Assembly (NCBI GenBank): GCA_965541585.1
Contig: CBEUCH010000016.1
Span: 22,056 to 86,055, forward strand
Direction of reading: 5' to 3'
Source of the DNA: an uncultured bacterium
Lineage (GTDB): Bacteria; Zixibacteria; MSB-5A5; UBA10806
DNA: 64,000 nt
The notes under the pieces are model-generated. The model saw only the letters and a list, made by a program, of their open reading frames with translations. It had not been told where the DNA came from and did no database searches. Shown here piece by piece: positions 39,397-49,701 of this stretch (the stretch's first letter is position 1; each line of letters starts with the position of its first letter). The position numbers and the translations under genes were made by a program.

Positions 39397-39539
39397 AGGA
39401 TAATCGAGGACAATTCTCTCCCCCGGGGCGAGGCAGACAGCTCGATTTTTAGCCTATCGCCTCGCCTCTCATATTACAGGTTTTCCATGCAGGAAATATT
39501 GGAGATTTGACCGGATTTTTATTATAATCGGAGAGACAT

Positions 39540-42179
39540 ATGGGAAAAAGAAGTAAAGCAACCGATCCTGTCTGCGGTATGACGGTTGAGCCCGAAACCG
39601 CTAAATACGAGACTTCATATAAAGGCCAGGATTACTATTTCTGTGCTGCCTCATGTCTGGAGAATTTCAAAAAAGATCCGGAAAGGTATATTAATGGGAA
39701 AAAATCCACTGTTGCTACGCCTGAACCTCTACATCCAGCACGCGGCAAGACCGCTTTAGAAGCCGAAATCACCATGCCCGTCGCCGGGATGCACTGCGCC
39801 TCCTGCGTGACCAAGGTCGAGAAATCGATTCGCGATCTCGATGGCGTGGCCGAGGTATCGGTCAATCTCGCCACCGAAAAGGTGTCTGTGAAATATGATT
39901 CGACAAAAACCGGTCCCGGCAGATTCGTCGACGCCGTCAAATCGTTGGGATACGATATACCCTTGCAGACGACCGAACTCGCGATCTCAGGGATGAGCTG
40001 CGCCTCCTGCGTTGCCAAGATCGAGGATGGGCTCCGCCGAACCACGGGAGTGCTGGAGGCATCGGTTAACCTGGGGACCGAGAGAGCTTTCGTCACCCAC
40101 GTTCCCGGAATAGGCTTCGGCGATCTTAAAAGGGCTATCGAATCAACCGGATATAATGTCCTCGATATCCCCTCTGAGGCTGCCGAGGATATCGAGCAAC
40201 AACTGCGGGAGAGGGAATATCATAATCTGAAGACCAGGTTCACGGTTTCGGCGGTGCTTACGGCCCTGCTGCTTATTCTGGCCATGTCGAAGCTTTTTAC
40301 ACCATCCGTCAATCATTTTTCGCAGCTTTTTATTACGATACCTGTTGTTTTATGGTGCGGATCGAGATTTTATATAGGCTTCTGGAAATCTCTCAGGCAT
40401 AAGACAGCTGATATGAACACGCTGGTTGCGGTGGGCACGGCGGCCGCATTCATCTATAGTCTAATCGCAACCGTAAATCCCGGGATATTAGCATCGGCGG
40501 GCCGCCAGGCTGATGTTTATTTCGATACGGCGGCGGTTATCATCACCTTGATTCTACTGGGAAGACTGCTCGAATCGCGAGCCAAGGGAAAAACATCGGA
40601 AGCCATCAAAAAACTTATGGGCTTACAGGCCAAGACCGCCAGGGTGCAGCGGGACGGCCGCGAGATCGATATCGATATCAATGAAGTTATCACCGGAGAT
40701 ACGGTAATAGTCCGCCCCGGAGAAAAGATACCGACCGATGGTTTTATTCTCGATGGCTATTCCAGTATCGATGAATCGATGCTGACCGGTGAGAGCATAC
40801 CGGTGGAAAAGAAAGCCGGCGATGAGGTAATCGGGTCGACCATCAACGGCACAGGAAGCTTTCGATTCAGGGCCACCAAGGTTGGCAAGGATACTGTCCT
40901 GTCACAAATCATCAAGATGGTGCAGCAGGCCCAGGGTTCCAAGGCCCCCATCCAGAGGCTGGCCGATAGAATTGCAGGAGTCTTCGTCCCCATAGTAATC
41001 GGGATTGCGGTTTTAACATTCATAATATGGTACCTCTGGGGGCCCGCTCCGGCGTTGACCATCGCTCTTTTGAACTTCGTGGCGGTATTGATAATTGCAT
41101 GTCCCTGCGCGCTTGGGCTGGCTACACCCACGGCCATCATGGTGGGAACAGGTGTCGGCGCCGAAAACGGTATCCTGATAAAGGGCGGAGAAAGTCTCGA
41201 GGGCGCTCATCGGGTTAATACCGTGCTATTCGATAAAACCGGCACCCTGACCAGGGGCAAGCCGGAAGTAACAGATGTAATTGCAACCAATGGATTTTCA
41301 AAAAAAGAGATCTTGTATCATGCGGCCTCGCTGGAGAGAAGATCCGAGCATCCACTGGGGGAGGCTATCGTCAAGGCGGTCGATAACGAAAAGGTATCTC
41401 TTGCAGAACCGGAGGACTTTTATTCCATACCGGGACAGGGAATCGCCGGACAGGTCGATGATCATAAAATACTTCTGGGCAACTCGAAGCTGATGGATGA
41501 AAAAGAAATCGATATCTCTCCCCTCGATTCCGATCTAAAAAGACTCCGCGGAGAGGGTAAAACCACTATGATTCTGTCGGTGGACAAAAAGCCCGCGGGC
41601 CTTATAGCCGTGGCCGATACATTGAAGCCGGATGCCAAAAAAGTTATCGACATGCTTCATAAGGCAGGGATAAAGACCGCCATGATAACCGGGGATAATG
41701 AAAACACGGCGGCGGCGGTAGCATCCCGGATAGGTATGGATGATGTCATAGCCGAGGTCCAGCCCCAGGATAAAGCCCAACGAGTCAAGCAGCTTCAGGA
41801 TGAAGGCCGAGTGGTGGCCATGGTTGGCGATGGTATCAATGACGCCGTGGCGCTGGCCCAGGCGGATCTGGGAATAGCTATCGGCTCCGGCACCGATATC
41901 GCAATGGAGGCATCGGATATCACGCTGCTTTCCGATGATCTCTCCGGCGTTGTCCGGTCTATCGAGCTTTCCAAAAAGACCCTGCGAACTATCAGGTGGA
42001 ATCTCTTCTGGGCATTTATATATAACATTATCGGAGTTCCCATAGCCGCCGGCGTTCTATATCCATTTGTGGGAACGGCCGGCTTTCTCAACCCCATGAT
42101 AGCCTCGGCGGCCATGGCTTTTTCATCGGTTTTTGTGGTGACTAATTCATTGAGGCTGAAGAGAGTAAGCTTGCAATAG
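39540..42179 (+). CDS. copA: Cu(I)-translocating P1B-ATPase with YHS and two HMA domains
   Basis: DPVCGM (YHS), GMHCASC, GMSCASC, TGES, CPCALG, DKTGT, SEHP, GDGIND, YN, MAFSS. Confidence 0.95.
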   Translation: MGKRSKATDPVCGMTVEPETAKYETSYKGQDYYFCAASCLENFKKDPERYINGKKSTVATPEPLHPARGKTALEAEITMPVAGMHCASCVTKVEKSIRDLDGVAEVSVNLATEKVSVKYDSTKTGPGRFVDAVKSLGYDIPLQTTELAISGMSCASCVAKIEDGLRRTTGVLEASVNLGTERAFVTHVPGIGFGDLKRAIESTGYNVLDIPSEAAEDIEQQLREREYHNLKTRFTVSAVLTALLLILAMSKLFTPSVNHFSQLFITIPVVLWCGSRFYIGFWKSLRHKTADMNTLVAVGTAAAFIYSLIATVNPGILASAGRQADVYFDTAAVIITLILLGRLLESRAKGKTSEAIKKLMGLQAKTARVQRDGREIDIDINEVITGDTVIVRPGEKIPTDGFILDGYSSIDESMLTGESIPVEKKAGDEVIGSTINGTGSFRFRATKVGKDTVLSQIIKMVQQAQGSKAPIQRLADRIAGVFVPIVIGIAVLTFIIWYLWGPAPALTIALLNFVAVLIIACPCALGLATPTAIMVGTGVGAENGILIKGGESLEGAHRVNTVLFDKTGTLTRGKPEVTDVIATNGFSKKEILYHAASLERRSEHPLGEAIVKAVDNEKVSLAEPEDFYSIPGQGIAGQVDDHKILLGNSKLMDEKEIDISPLDSDLKRLRGEGKTTMILSVDKKPAGLIAVADTLKPDAKKVIDMLHKAGIKTAMITGDNENTAAAVASRIGMDDVIAEVQPQDKAQRVKQLQDEGRVVAMVGDGINDAVALAQADLGIAIGSGTDIAMEASDITLLSDDLSGVVRSIELSKKTLRTIRWNLFWAFIYNIIGVPIAAGVLYPFVGTAGFLNPMIASAAMAFSSVFVVTNSLRLKRVSLQ

Positions 42180-42325
42180 AACGTATCTGACCAATAGCAA
42201 TCACCTCGTCCAACAGTAAGAAATTTCTTGACTTCTAAGTAGAATTGGTTATCCATATAATTAGAGGTAGTTCGGTTTTTCACATACAAACTGCCAGCTA
42301 AAAAATGCCTCGCTGGGAGGATATA

Positions 42326-43999
42326 ATGAGAGGGACTTTAGCTTTCACGTCGGTTTTCGTTGCTATTGGCCTTATATCAGCTTCGGCGACGATAATAAAC
42401 ATTCCAGATGACTATCTCACTATACAAGAAGGCATTGACGCCAGCACAAATGGCGACACTGTCCTGGTTCAGCCGGGCACATATGTCGAGAACATCAATT
42501 TCAACGGGCATAATATTGTGCTGGGATCGTTGTTTTTGACTACGGGAGATACGGCTTACATAGGCCAAACTATCATCGATGGTGACGAGTCAGGTACGGT
42601 TGTGACTTTTGAAAGCGGGGAGGACAGCACCGCTATTCTCACCGGATTTACGATACAGAATGGTTACGGGGGTATTAATTGCGTTGACTCCAGGCCAACA
42701 ATCAGCAATAACATTGTCACCCATAATTTATCTGTTGGGATTTATTGCCGCACTTCGTCCAATTCCACGATCATCAACAATACAATCACTCAGAATTCAG
42801 CGGACGGAATTTATTGCTCGCATTCTAATCCTACGATCAGCAACAACACTATCAGCGAAAATTCAGGAGGTGTTGGCGGCGGGATTACTTGCCGTAATTC
42901 CAGTCGTCCCACAATCACCAACAACACTATTACCGGAAATTCGGCAAGGTCGGGTGGAGGGATTCATTGCCACCAATCCAGTCCCACGATCAGCGATAAT
43001 ATAATTGCCGAAAACTCGGCATGGGATGGCGGCGGCGGGGTCTGGTGTGCCCTCTATTCCAACCCTACCATCACTAACAACATCATTAATGGCAATTCAT
43101 CCGAGGCCGGTGGGATTTATTGCTCCGAGTCCAGTCCCACTATTACCAACAACACCATCACCGGGAATTCAGCGTATGTTTCCGGCGGCGGTATTTATTG
43201 CGAGCTAGTTTCCAATCCTATAATCAGCAATAATGTCATCAGCGCAAATTCAGCAAGTGTTCTCGGCGGTGGGATTTATTGCTCCCAGTCCAGTCCCACT
43301 ATTACCAACAACACCATCACCGGAAATTCATCGTATGTTTCCGGCGGTGGGATTTATTGCAAGCTGGTTTCCAATCCTGTGATAACCAATACCATATTCT
43401 GGGCCGATAGCGCATCATTTAGTCATGAGATTGATTTCGATGATTCATCATCACCCTATTTTACTTATTGCGACATACAGGGCGGATGGGGTGGCGAGGG
43501 AAATATCGATACCGATCCCCTCTTCCGTGATCCCGAAAACGGCGATTTTCATTTGATGGCCGACTCCTGCGGAGATGTATATAACTCACCCTGCATCGAT
43601 GCCGGTGATCCTGCGATTTTCGACAGTATGCTTGGTTGCGATTGGGGATTGGGCGAATTAAGAAGTGATATGGGCACCTACGGCGGCACGCGAATCCCCA
43701 CAGATGTTGACGAAGAGCAGATCCCGGAAATACCGATTCAATTTCTCTTATCCCAGAACTACCCGAATCCGTTTAACGCATCGACTAATATTCTATATAC
43801 CTTGCCAAATGCTTCCCATGTTACTATCGACATCTACGACATCCTCGGGCGCAAGGTAGAAGCGCTGATTTCAGCTACACAACCCGCCGGGACGCATTCT
43901 ATTGTCTGGGATGCCGGCAATTTATCTTCGGGGATATATTTCTATAGAATCAAGGCAGGGGAATATTATAGCACCAAGAGCTGTATAATATTGAAATAG
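42326..43999 (+). CDS. Right-handed parallel beta-helix protein with T9SS-type CTD
   Basis: IPDDYLTIQEGIDA, repeated GGGIYC..S.PTI.NN.I..N, SPCIDAG, QNYPNPFN; start at ATG 42326 after GGAGG. Confidence 0.85.
   Translation: MRGTLAFTSVFVAIGLISASATIINIPDDYLTIQEGIDASTNGDTVLVQPGTYVENINFNGHNIVLGSLFLTTGDTAYIGQTIIDGDESGTVVTFESGEDSTAILTGFTIQNGYGGINCVDSRPTISNNIVTHNLSVGIYCRTSSNSTIINNTITQNSADGIYCSHSNPTISNNTISENSGGVGGGITCRNSSRPTITNNTITGNSARSGGGIHCHQSSPTISDNIIAENSAWDGGGGVWCALYSNPTITNNIINGNSSEAGGIYCSESSPTITNNTITGNSAYVSGGGIYCELVSNPIISNNVISANSASVLGGGIYCSQSSPTITNNTITGNSSYVSGGGIYCKLVSNPVITNTIFWADSASFSHEIDFDDSSSPYFTYCDIQGGWGGEGNIDTDPLFRDPENGDFHLMADSCGDVYNSPCIDAGDPAIFDSMLGCDWGLGELRSDMGTYGGTRIPTDVDEEQIPEIPIQFLLSQNYPNPFNASTNILYTLPNASHVTIDIYDILGRKVEALISATQPAGTHSIVWDAGNLSSGIYFYRIKAGEYYSTKSCIILK
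43109..43378 (+). repeat. Intragenic direct repeat, 159-bp period (two beta-helix coils)
   Basis: 43109-43219 and 43268-43378 are near-identical at DNA level. Confidence 0.85.
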
Positions 44000-44010
44000 G
44001 AGATGAAATC

Positions 44011-46167
44011 ATGCGGCGGATCGCAATTTCCGTTATCGCGGTTCTGACTCTTTCCCTGACAAGCTTGCTTAGAGGACAAAATCTCGAATACGTGGGATCG
44101 ACACTCTGGACAAACGTGCGTGATGTTACTGTCGTCGGCAACTACGCCTATTGCGCCTTTGTCCACGGTCTTGTCATTCTGGACATTACAGATCCAACCC
44201 AGCCCCTTTTCATCAGCCAGTCATTCTTGCCGGGGGACGCCGAGGCTGTATGCGTTTCAGGAGATTATGCTTTCATAGCCGACAGCCAATTCGGCCTTCA
44301 GATCATAAATGTTTCCGATCCCTCGAATCCCCTGCTCATCGCAGGCCTCGCTCCGGAGCTTGAAGCTCGTGGGATAGCTGTTCAGGACAACCTTGTCTTT
44401 ATGGCTGAGCGGGGCAATGAATTGAATACCTGCCTGGAAATCATCGATATTGCCGACCCGGCTAATCCCGTTCTGCTGGCAAGCTATTCATCGTATTGTT
44501 ATGCGGAAGACATCTTCGTTGAGGGCAACTACGTTTATCTTGCCAAGGGTTGCGGCGATACCGGCCTATTTGAAATTGTCGATGTCACCCTACCTGTGTT
44601 TCCAATCCAGGCTGGGGAAACCAATGTCGCATTTGGGAATGGTTCAGGCGTACATGTTTCCGGCGATTACGCCTTCGTTTCATTCTCCGGCTATCCTTCC
44701 GGAGGTTTCGAGATTTACGATGTTTCCGATCCTGCAAACCCAACCTCGGTCCGTATTCAATACGTAGGGACTGCGAGCGGGAGCGATATTTCTATCGTGG
44801 ACGATTTCGCTTTTTTGGCCTATGGAACAGACTTGAGAATATTTGATATTTCCAATCCCTTGTCTCCAGTTTTTCTTGGGGGATGCGAAACGCCCGATTT
44901 TGCCGCCCGTTTATTTGTACGTAATAATTACGCGTATATCGCTGATTACATTTCGGGAGTATTTGTTATCGATGTCTCCGTCCCGTCCTCGCCGTTAATC
45001 TCAGGAAGTTACGAGACGTCGCAAATTACGAAAGATGTCTGTGTGCAGGGTAATTATGCATACGTAGCGCAGGGATTTTCCGGCGGCAACCTGCAAATAG
45101 TGAATATTTCAAATCCGGAAATGCCCCATCTATCAGGAACTTACGATTTTTACGGGCGCGCAACATCCGCTTACGCCTATGGAGACTATGCGTATCTTGG
45201 AGTAACGGACGTCGGCCTTGCCATAATTGATATGTCGGACCCGGAATTTCCAACCCTTGCAGGCGTTTATGAAGATCGTACTTTCATACAAGATGTTCAG
45301 GTAATTGGAAACTACGCTTACATTTTCGACCGGTATGCGGGTCTGCAGATTATCGACGTGACCGATCCCGGCAACCCATCGTTCATCGGCGGTTGTGACA
45401 CGCCGGGATTCGTTTGGGGAGGCCATGTGAATGAGGAATACGCCTACATTGCCTCCGGCTATGAGGGAATTTATATAATCGATATCTCATCCCTGGATAA
45501 TCCCGTTATAGTGGGCTTCTATGATGGCCAGGAATACGTCTCCGCCCGGGGCGTCTTTGCCCGAGAAAATTACGTATACGCCGCTTACCGGCAAAGGGGG
45601 CTTATAATCCTCGACGTTGGCGATCCTTCTAACCCGATACTCGTCAGCCGATACGATACGCCCGGATCGGCTTATGATGTTGTCATTACCGGTGATATCG
45701 CGCTGGTAGCCGATAGTTATGCAGGCGTTCTTTCTATTGATGTTTCCGATCCAACGGCACCCGAGCTAATCAGTCAATTCCAAACTCCCGGCAATGCTAA
45801 AAGGCTCTATTTCTACGACTATCTCTATGTAGCGGATGAAAATGCATTGTTAATATTAGATTGCAGCCAAACCGATATTCCGGACTTAAGAGAAGAATTG
45901 CCGCACTATTTCTCCATCTCGCAAAACTACCCTAACCCATTTAATGCATCAACAACCATCCGTTATAGTTTACCTTCAGCTTCCGATGTAACAATCGACA
46001 TCTATGACATTATCGGCAGGATGGTTGAAACGCTGGTCAATTCAAACCAGGAAGCAGGATATCATCAGGTGATCTGGAATGCTGATAGCTTTTCATCCGG
46101 CATGTATTTTTATAAGATCCGGGCAGGAGATTATTCTGAGGCGAGGAAGATGGTTTTATTAAAATAG
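44011..46167 (+). CDS. LVIVD-repeat protein with T9SS-type CTD
   Basis: Paralog of 18210-20315 (EYVGSTLW...YAYCAF); QNYPNPFN...KMVLLK. Confidence 0.9.
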   Translation: MRRIAISVIAVLTLSLTSLLRGQNLEYVGSTLWTNVRDVTVVGNYAYCAFVHGLVILDITDPTQPLFISQSFLPGDAEAVCVSGDYAFIADSQFGLQIINVSDPSNPLLIAGLAPELEARGIAVQDNLVFMAERGNELNTCLEIIDIADPANPVLLASYSSYCYAEDIFVEGNYVYLAKGCGDTGLFEIVDVTLPVFPIQAGETNVAFGNGSGVHVSGDYAFVSFSGYPSGGFEIYDVSDPANPTSVRIQYVGTASGSDISIVDDFAFLAYGTDLRIFDISNPLSPVFLGGCETPDFAARLFVRNNYAYIADYISGVFVIDVSVPSSPLISGSYETSQITKDVCVQGNYAYVAQGFSGGNLQIVNISNPEMPHLSGTYDFYGRATSAYAYGDYAYLGVTDVGLAIIDMSDPEFPTLAGVYEDRTFIQDVQVIGNYAYIFDRYAGLQIIDVTDPGNPSFIGGCDTPGFVWGGHVNEEYAYIASGYEGIYIIDISSLDNPVIVGFYDGQEYVSARGVFARENYVYAAYRQRGLIILDVGDPSNPILVSRYDTPGSAYDVVITGDIALVADSYAGVLSIDVSDPTAPELISQFQTPGNAKRLYFYDYLYVADENALLILDCSQTDIPDLREELPHYFSISQNYPNPFNASTTIRYSLPSASDVTIDIYDIIGRMVETLVNSNQEAGYHQVIWNADSFSSGMYFYKIRAGDYSEARKMVLLK

Positions 46168-46224
46168 GGGCAAACTTGCGTAGGATTATTTCTCCAGGGA
46201 TATTATGCCATCATCAAATGGAAA

Positions 46225-46252
46225 TTGACATATTGCCTAAAAGCTTTATCTT
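46225..46252 (+). promoter_or_regulatory. sigma70-type promoter
   Basis: TTGACA-16 nt-TATCTT. Confidence 0.55.
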
Positions 46253-46320
46253 AATAAGGCGCCATTCGATGAGAATTGAAATAAAAAAGCTTCTAAATAG
46301 ATCAACAAACGAGGCGGAAA

Positions 46321-47112
46321 ATGAATAAAACAACATTCGTGTTATCCATGGCAATGTTATTTGCATTAGTATCAATCGCCATAAGCATGCCCACCTATGT
46401 AGGCTATTCCGGGGCTCCCGGCTCAAACGGCGCCTGCGCATCGTCATGTCACGGGTCGCGGGGTGGGACAATCAAGATAACCGGTTTCCCCGAGGAATAT
46501 ATTTCCGGGCAAACATATACCATAACTATATCTCATGACGGCGGTAACACCATCAAACAGTTTAACGGAAGCTGCCGGATGGCGGACGGAGTCCAGAATG
46601 CGGGAGTGATTTCTGCCGGCTCCGATACGGAAACTTATAACGCTTACAATGAAACAAATGGGATTCATTTTTTATCTACCGATCGGGACTCCGGCACATT
46701 TTATTGGCAAGCGCCTCCCGGAGGCACCGGAGAAGTCAGGCTATATATTGCCGGGCATCAAGGCATCCGTAGCGGCCCTAACAGCACAATTGTACTGGCA
46801 TCTACGGAACAGACCACTGCTATTGAGGATGAGATCTTTTCAATGCCGGATCGATATTATATATCTCAGAATTATCCCAATCCATTCAATGCCGCCACTA
46901 CAATCAAATATGGCATACCGGAACGGTCACACGTCACAATCAGGATCTACGATATCCTCGGCCGCAAGCTTGATACGCTGGTGGATGAGGAAAGACCGGC
47001 CGGACAGCATCAAATCGTCTGGCGCGCCGATAATCAGCCATCGGGCATTTATTTCTACCATATACAGGCCGGAGAATATAAAAGCTCCGATAAGATGGTG
47101 CTGTTGAAATAA
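46321..47112 (+). CDS. Reeler/choice-of-anchor-V-like domain protein with CTD
   Basis: SGAPG...CASSCH, YISGQTYTITI, FYWQAPPGGTGEVRLYIAG; CTD. Confidence 0.75.
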   Translation: MNKTTFVLSMAMLFALVSIAISMPTYVGYSGAPGSNGACASSCHGSRGGTIKITGFPEEYISGQTYTITISHDGGNTIKQFNGSCRMADGVQNAGVISAGSDTETYNAYNETNGIHFLSTDRDSGTFYWQAPPGGTGEVRLYIAGHQGIRSGPNSTIVLASTEQTTAIEDEIFSMPDRYYISQNYPNPFNAATTIKYGIPERSHVTIRIYDILGRKLDTLVDEERPAGQHQIVWRADNQPSGIYFYHIQAGEYKSSDKMVLLK

Positions 47113-47266
47113 ATTGAAACTTGCTTTAGCCGGCAGTTTGTTATTAATTTGGCATTATAGAGAAGAACCGGACAGAATTCTACAGGTCGATGAATTGCTT
47201 TTCAATCCGATTGTCCGGGATTGCGAGATAGTTCTATATTAACAGAACTTTGTTATGGAGGTGGCG

Positions 47267-49543
47267 ATGATAGGATTTCTATGGTTGTTGAGTAGAAGGG
47301 GCATTTGGGTTTTGGCTGCTATCGGTCTGCTTTTCTCGTCAACAGATTTGAAGGCGGAAAGTATTACGCACAGATTCGAGATCGGCGCTTACAGGATTAT
47401 CGATGACCCTGCCGGGCAGCGAATCGAACTTAATGACTCCGGGCAACTGGCGGAGCCGGGCAAACCTTTGCTTCCGGCGAAGAATATTCTGATCGCGTTG
47501 CCGCCCGGAGCCAGGGTGCAATCAGTGGACATAAAAGGTCTCGGCTTCAGCCGGCTGCCTGGCACTTATCGAATCGCGCCATCGCCACCCGTGCTTCCGT
47601 TAGTGGATCCTGATATCTACCCGGAATATATCGATAAAATAAACCAGCAATGGCAGCTATCCTATGAATCGGCCTACTCGTCGGATCAGGCCTATCCCGT
47701 GGAAAGGGGCAGGCTGACCGGCGCCGGCGCCTTGAGGAAATACGCCTACGCCTCGGTGTCGTTTTATCCGTTCAGTTATTATCCTCAATCGGGCAGATTG
47801 GAATATTACAACCGGGCCGAAATTACAGTCAATTATGATCTGCCGATCCCCGGCAGTATAGACGCTCAAAAAGTCGAGGCGTTGAAATGGGATGACGCCG
47901 CCGACTTAAGAGCCGCGGAGCTTTTTGTCAATTACGACCGGATCAAACCGCTTTATCAGGTCGATGGCTCTCGCTCCGAGGAGCCGCTGAATATTTTCGA
48001 TTATGTAATTATCACTCATGAGAATCTTTTATACACGGTAAATTCGTCGGATTTCTTAGACTGGAAGGCCTCTCTTGGCTGTAATATCAGGGTAGTCACC
48101 ACGGCCGATCCCGAGATAGCGGATCAACCGGGTGTGGATCTGGCCGCGCGGATTCGAAATTTTCTTAAGGATTACTATGCTACCTGGGGGATAGAGTATG
48201 TCCTTCTGGTGGGCGATTATAACGCCGTTCCCATGCGTTACTGCTATCCCGATCCGAACAACCATTCCAATGGGGCTGGCGATCCATCGAACTGGCCCTG
48301 GGCCGGCGACGTGCCTACCGATTTTTATTACGCCGATTTATCGAGCGCGGATAATCAATCGTGGGATTCCGACGGCGATGGTTTCTGTGGTGAGTACGGA
48401 CAGGATAATCCGGATCTTTTAGCCGAGGTTTATGTCGGCCGGATTCCAACCAACATCCCCTACAGGATAACTTACACTCTCAATAAGCTGGTCACGTTCG
48501 AGCAGGATACGGGGGACTGGAAAGACAACGTACTGCATGCCGGGGCGATCGCTTATTTTGAAAACGACGATCATAGCGGCCGCGAACTGATGGATGGGGC
48601 CGTGCTCTTAAATCAAATGGAATATGAGCTAATGCCTGGCATGCCTATAAGCCACTATAGCGAGCAGGACGGTCTTGCGCCATCGAGGTGTCAGTGGCCC
48701 GGTTTGAGCGAGGCGTCATTTATCGGAGATTGGCGCAACGGCCAATACGGAATCGTAAACTGGTATGCTCACGGCTGGTCGAGCTATGTGGCCCGCAAGG
48801 TCTGGTCCTGGGACGATGGCGACGGTGTGCCTGAATCGCACGAGATGTGGTGGCCCAGCTTCATAGGGATCAATTCAAACCTCGATGATGATTACCCGTC
48901 GATTGTATTCGCGCTGTCCTGTGTGGTGGGTTATCCGGAGCCAAACGCATGGGGAAATCTCGGTATCGATCTTCTGACCAAACCGTCATACGGGGCCGCC
49001 GCTGGGATCGTCAGCGGAACGAGAGTTGTCTGGGTCTCCACAGGCGGCGGCGAATTGCACAGCTATGAGTTCAGCCATCATCTGATAAACAGACCTAATG
49101 AGCCCAAAAAGGTGGGGGAGGCTCTCTACGATTCTAAATTCTATTTGAGTCAGAACTATTACTGGAATCACTACGCCGAATACTGGGATATGTTCACGTT
49201 CAATCTATATGGCGATCCGGCGCTGGAGCGTAACGGGGTCGTCATGACCGGTATCGATGATCCGCCGTTATCGACTCCGAATCAATTCGCGCTCGAGCAA
49301 AATTATCCTAATCCCTTCAATGCCGCGACCACAATAGAGTACGCTTTACCTGAAGCATCTTACGTCATAATCGAGATATACGACATCCTCGGCCGCAAGA
49401 TTGAGACGCTGGTGCAGGGGAAACAACAGGCAGGTTATCATCAGGTTGTCTGGGATGCAGAGGACCAATCTTCCGGCATGTATTTCTACAGGATACAGGC
49501 CGGGGAGTATGCTGAGGCGAGGAAGATGGTGCTGCTGAGGTAG
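47267..49543 (+). CDS. C25 (gingipain-family) cysteine peptidase with propeptide and CTD
   Basis: PGKPLLP propeptide, YVLLVGD, PTDFYYADL, VYVGRIP, catalytic AHG and LSC, NLYGDPAL. Confidence 0.92.
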   Translation: MIGFLWLLSRRGIWVLAAIGLLFSSTDLKAESITHRFEIGAYRIIDDPAGQRIELNDSGQLAEPGKPLLPAKNILIALPPGARVQSVDIKGLGFSRLPGTYRIAPSPPVLPLVDPDIYPEYIDKINQQWQLSYESAYSSDQAYPVERGRLTGAGALRKYAYASVSFYPFSYYPQSGRLEYYNRAEITVNYDLPIPGSIDAQKVEALKWDDAADLRAAELFVNYDRIKPLYQVDGSRSEEPLNIFDYVIITHENLLYTVNSSDFLDWKASLGCNIRVVTTADPEIADQPGVDLAARIRNFLKDYYATWGIEYVLLVGDYNAVPMRYCYPDPNNHSNGAGDPSNWPWAGDVPTDFYYADLSSADNQSWDSDGDGFCGEYGQDNPDLLAEVYVGRIPTNIPYRITYTLNKLVTFEQDTGDWKDNVLHAGAIAYFENDDHSGRELMDGAVLLNQMEYELMPGMPISHYSEQDGLAPSRCQWPGLSEASFIGDWRNGQYGIVNWYAHGWSSYVARKVWSWDDGDGVPESHEMWWPSFIGINSNLDDDYPSIVFALSCVVGYPEPNAWGNLGIDLLTKPSYGAAAGIVSGTRVVWVSTGGGELHSYEFSHHLINRPNEPKKVGEALYDSKFYLSQNYYWNHYAEYWDMFTFNLYGDPALERNGVVMTGIDDPPLSTPNQFALEQNYPNPFNAATTIEYALPEASYVIIEIYDILGRKIETLVQGKQQAGYHQVVWDAEDQSSGMYFYRIQAGEYAEARKMVLLR

Positions 49544-49565
49544 GGACAAATCATTTAGATAATTG

Positions 49566-49592
49566 AGGGGCTACTACTTGGTAGCCCCTTTT
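49566..49592 (+). terminator. Rho-independent terminator
   Basis: AGGGGCTAC-TACTTG-GTAGCCCCT-TTT. Confidence 0.85.
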
Positions 49593-49642
49593 CATTTGCA
49601 ATCAATATGGTTACCATAAACCCTTGCAAACACCGAAAACGC

Positions 49643-49670
49643 TTGACAAACCCGAAGAATGCCCTATTAT
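49643..49670 (+). promoter_or_regulatory. sigma70-type promoter
   Basis: TTGACA-16 nt-TATTAT. Confidence 0.6.
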
Positions 49671-49701
49671 TTTCATAGGCTCCATTGAACGGGAGGACTG
49701 T

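Noticed and set aside
39425..39468. Long-loop inverted repeat between pepF and copA as an ncRNA or riboswitch
   Set aside because: Only a single stem (GGGGCGAGGC/GCCTCGCCTC) with no recognisable aptamer; probably a terminator or stability hairpin.
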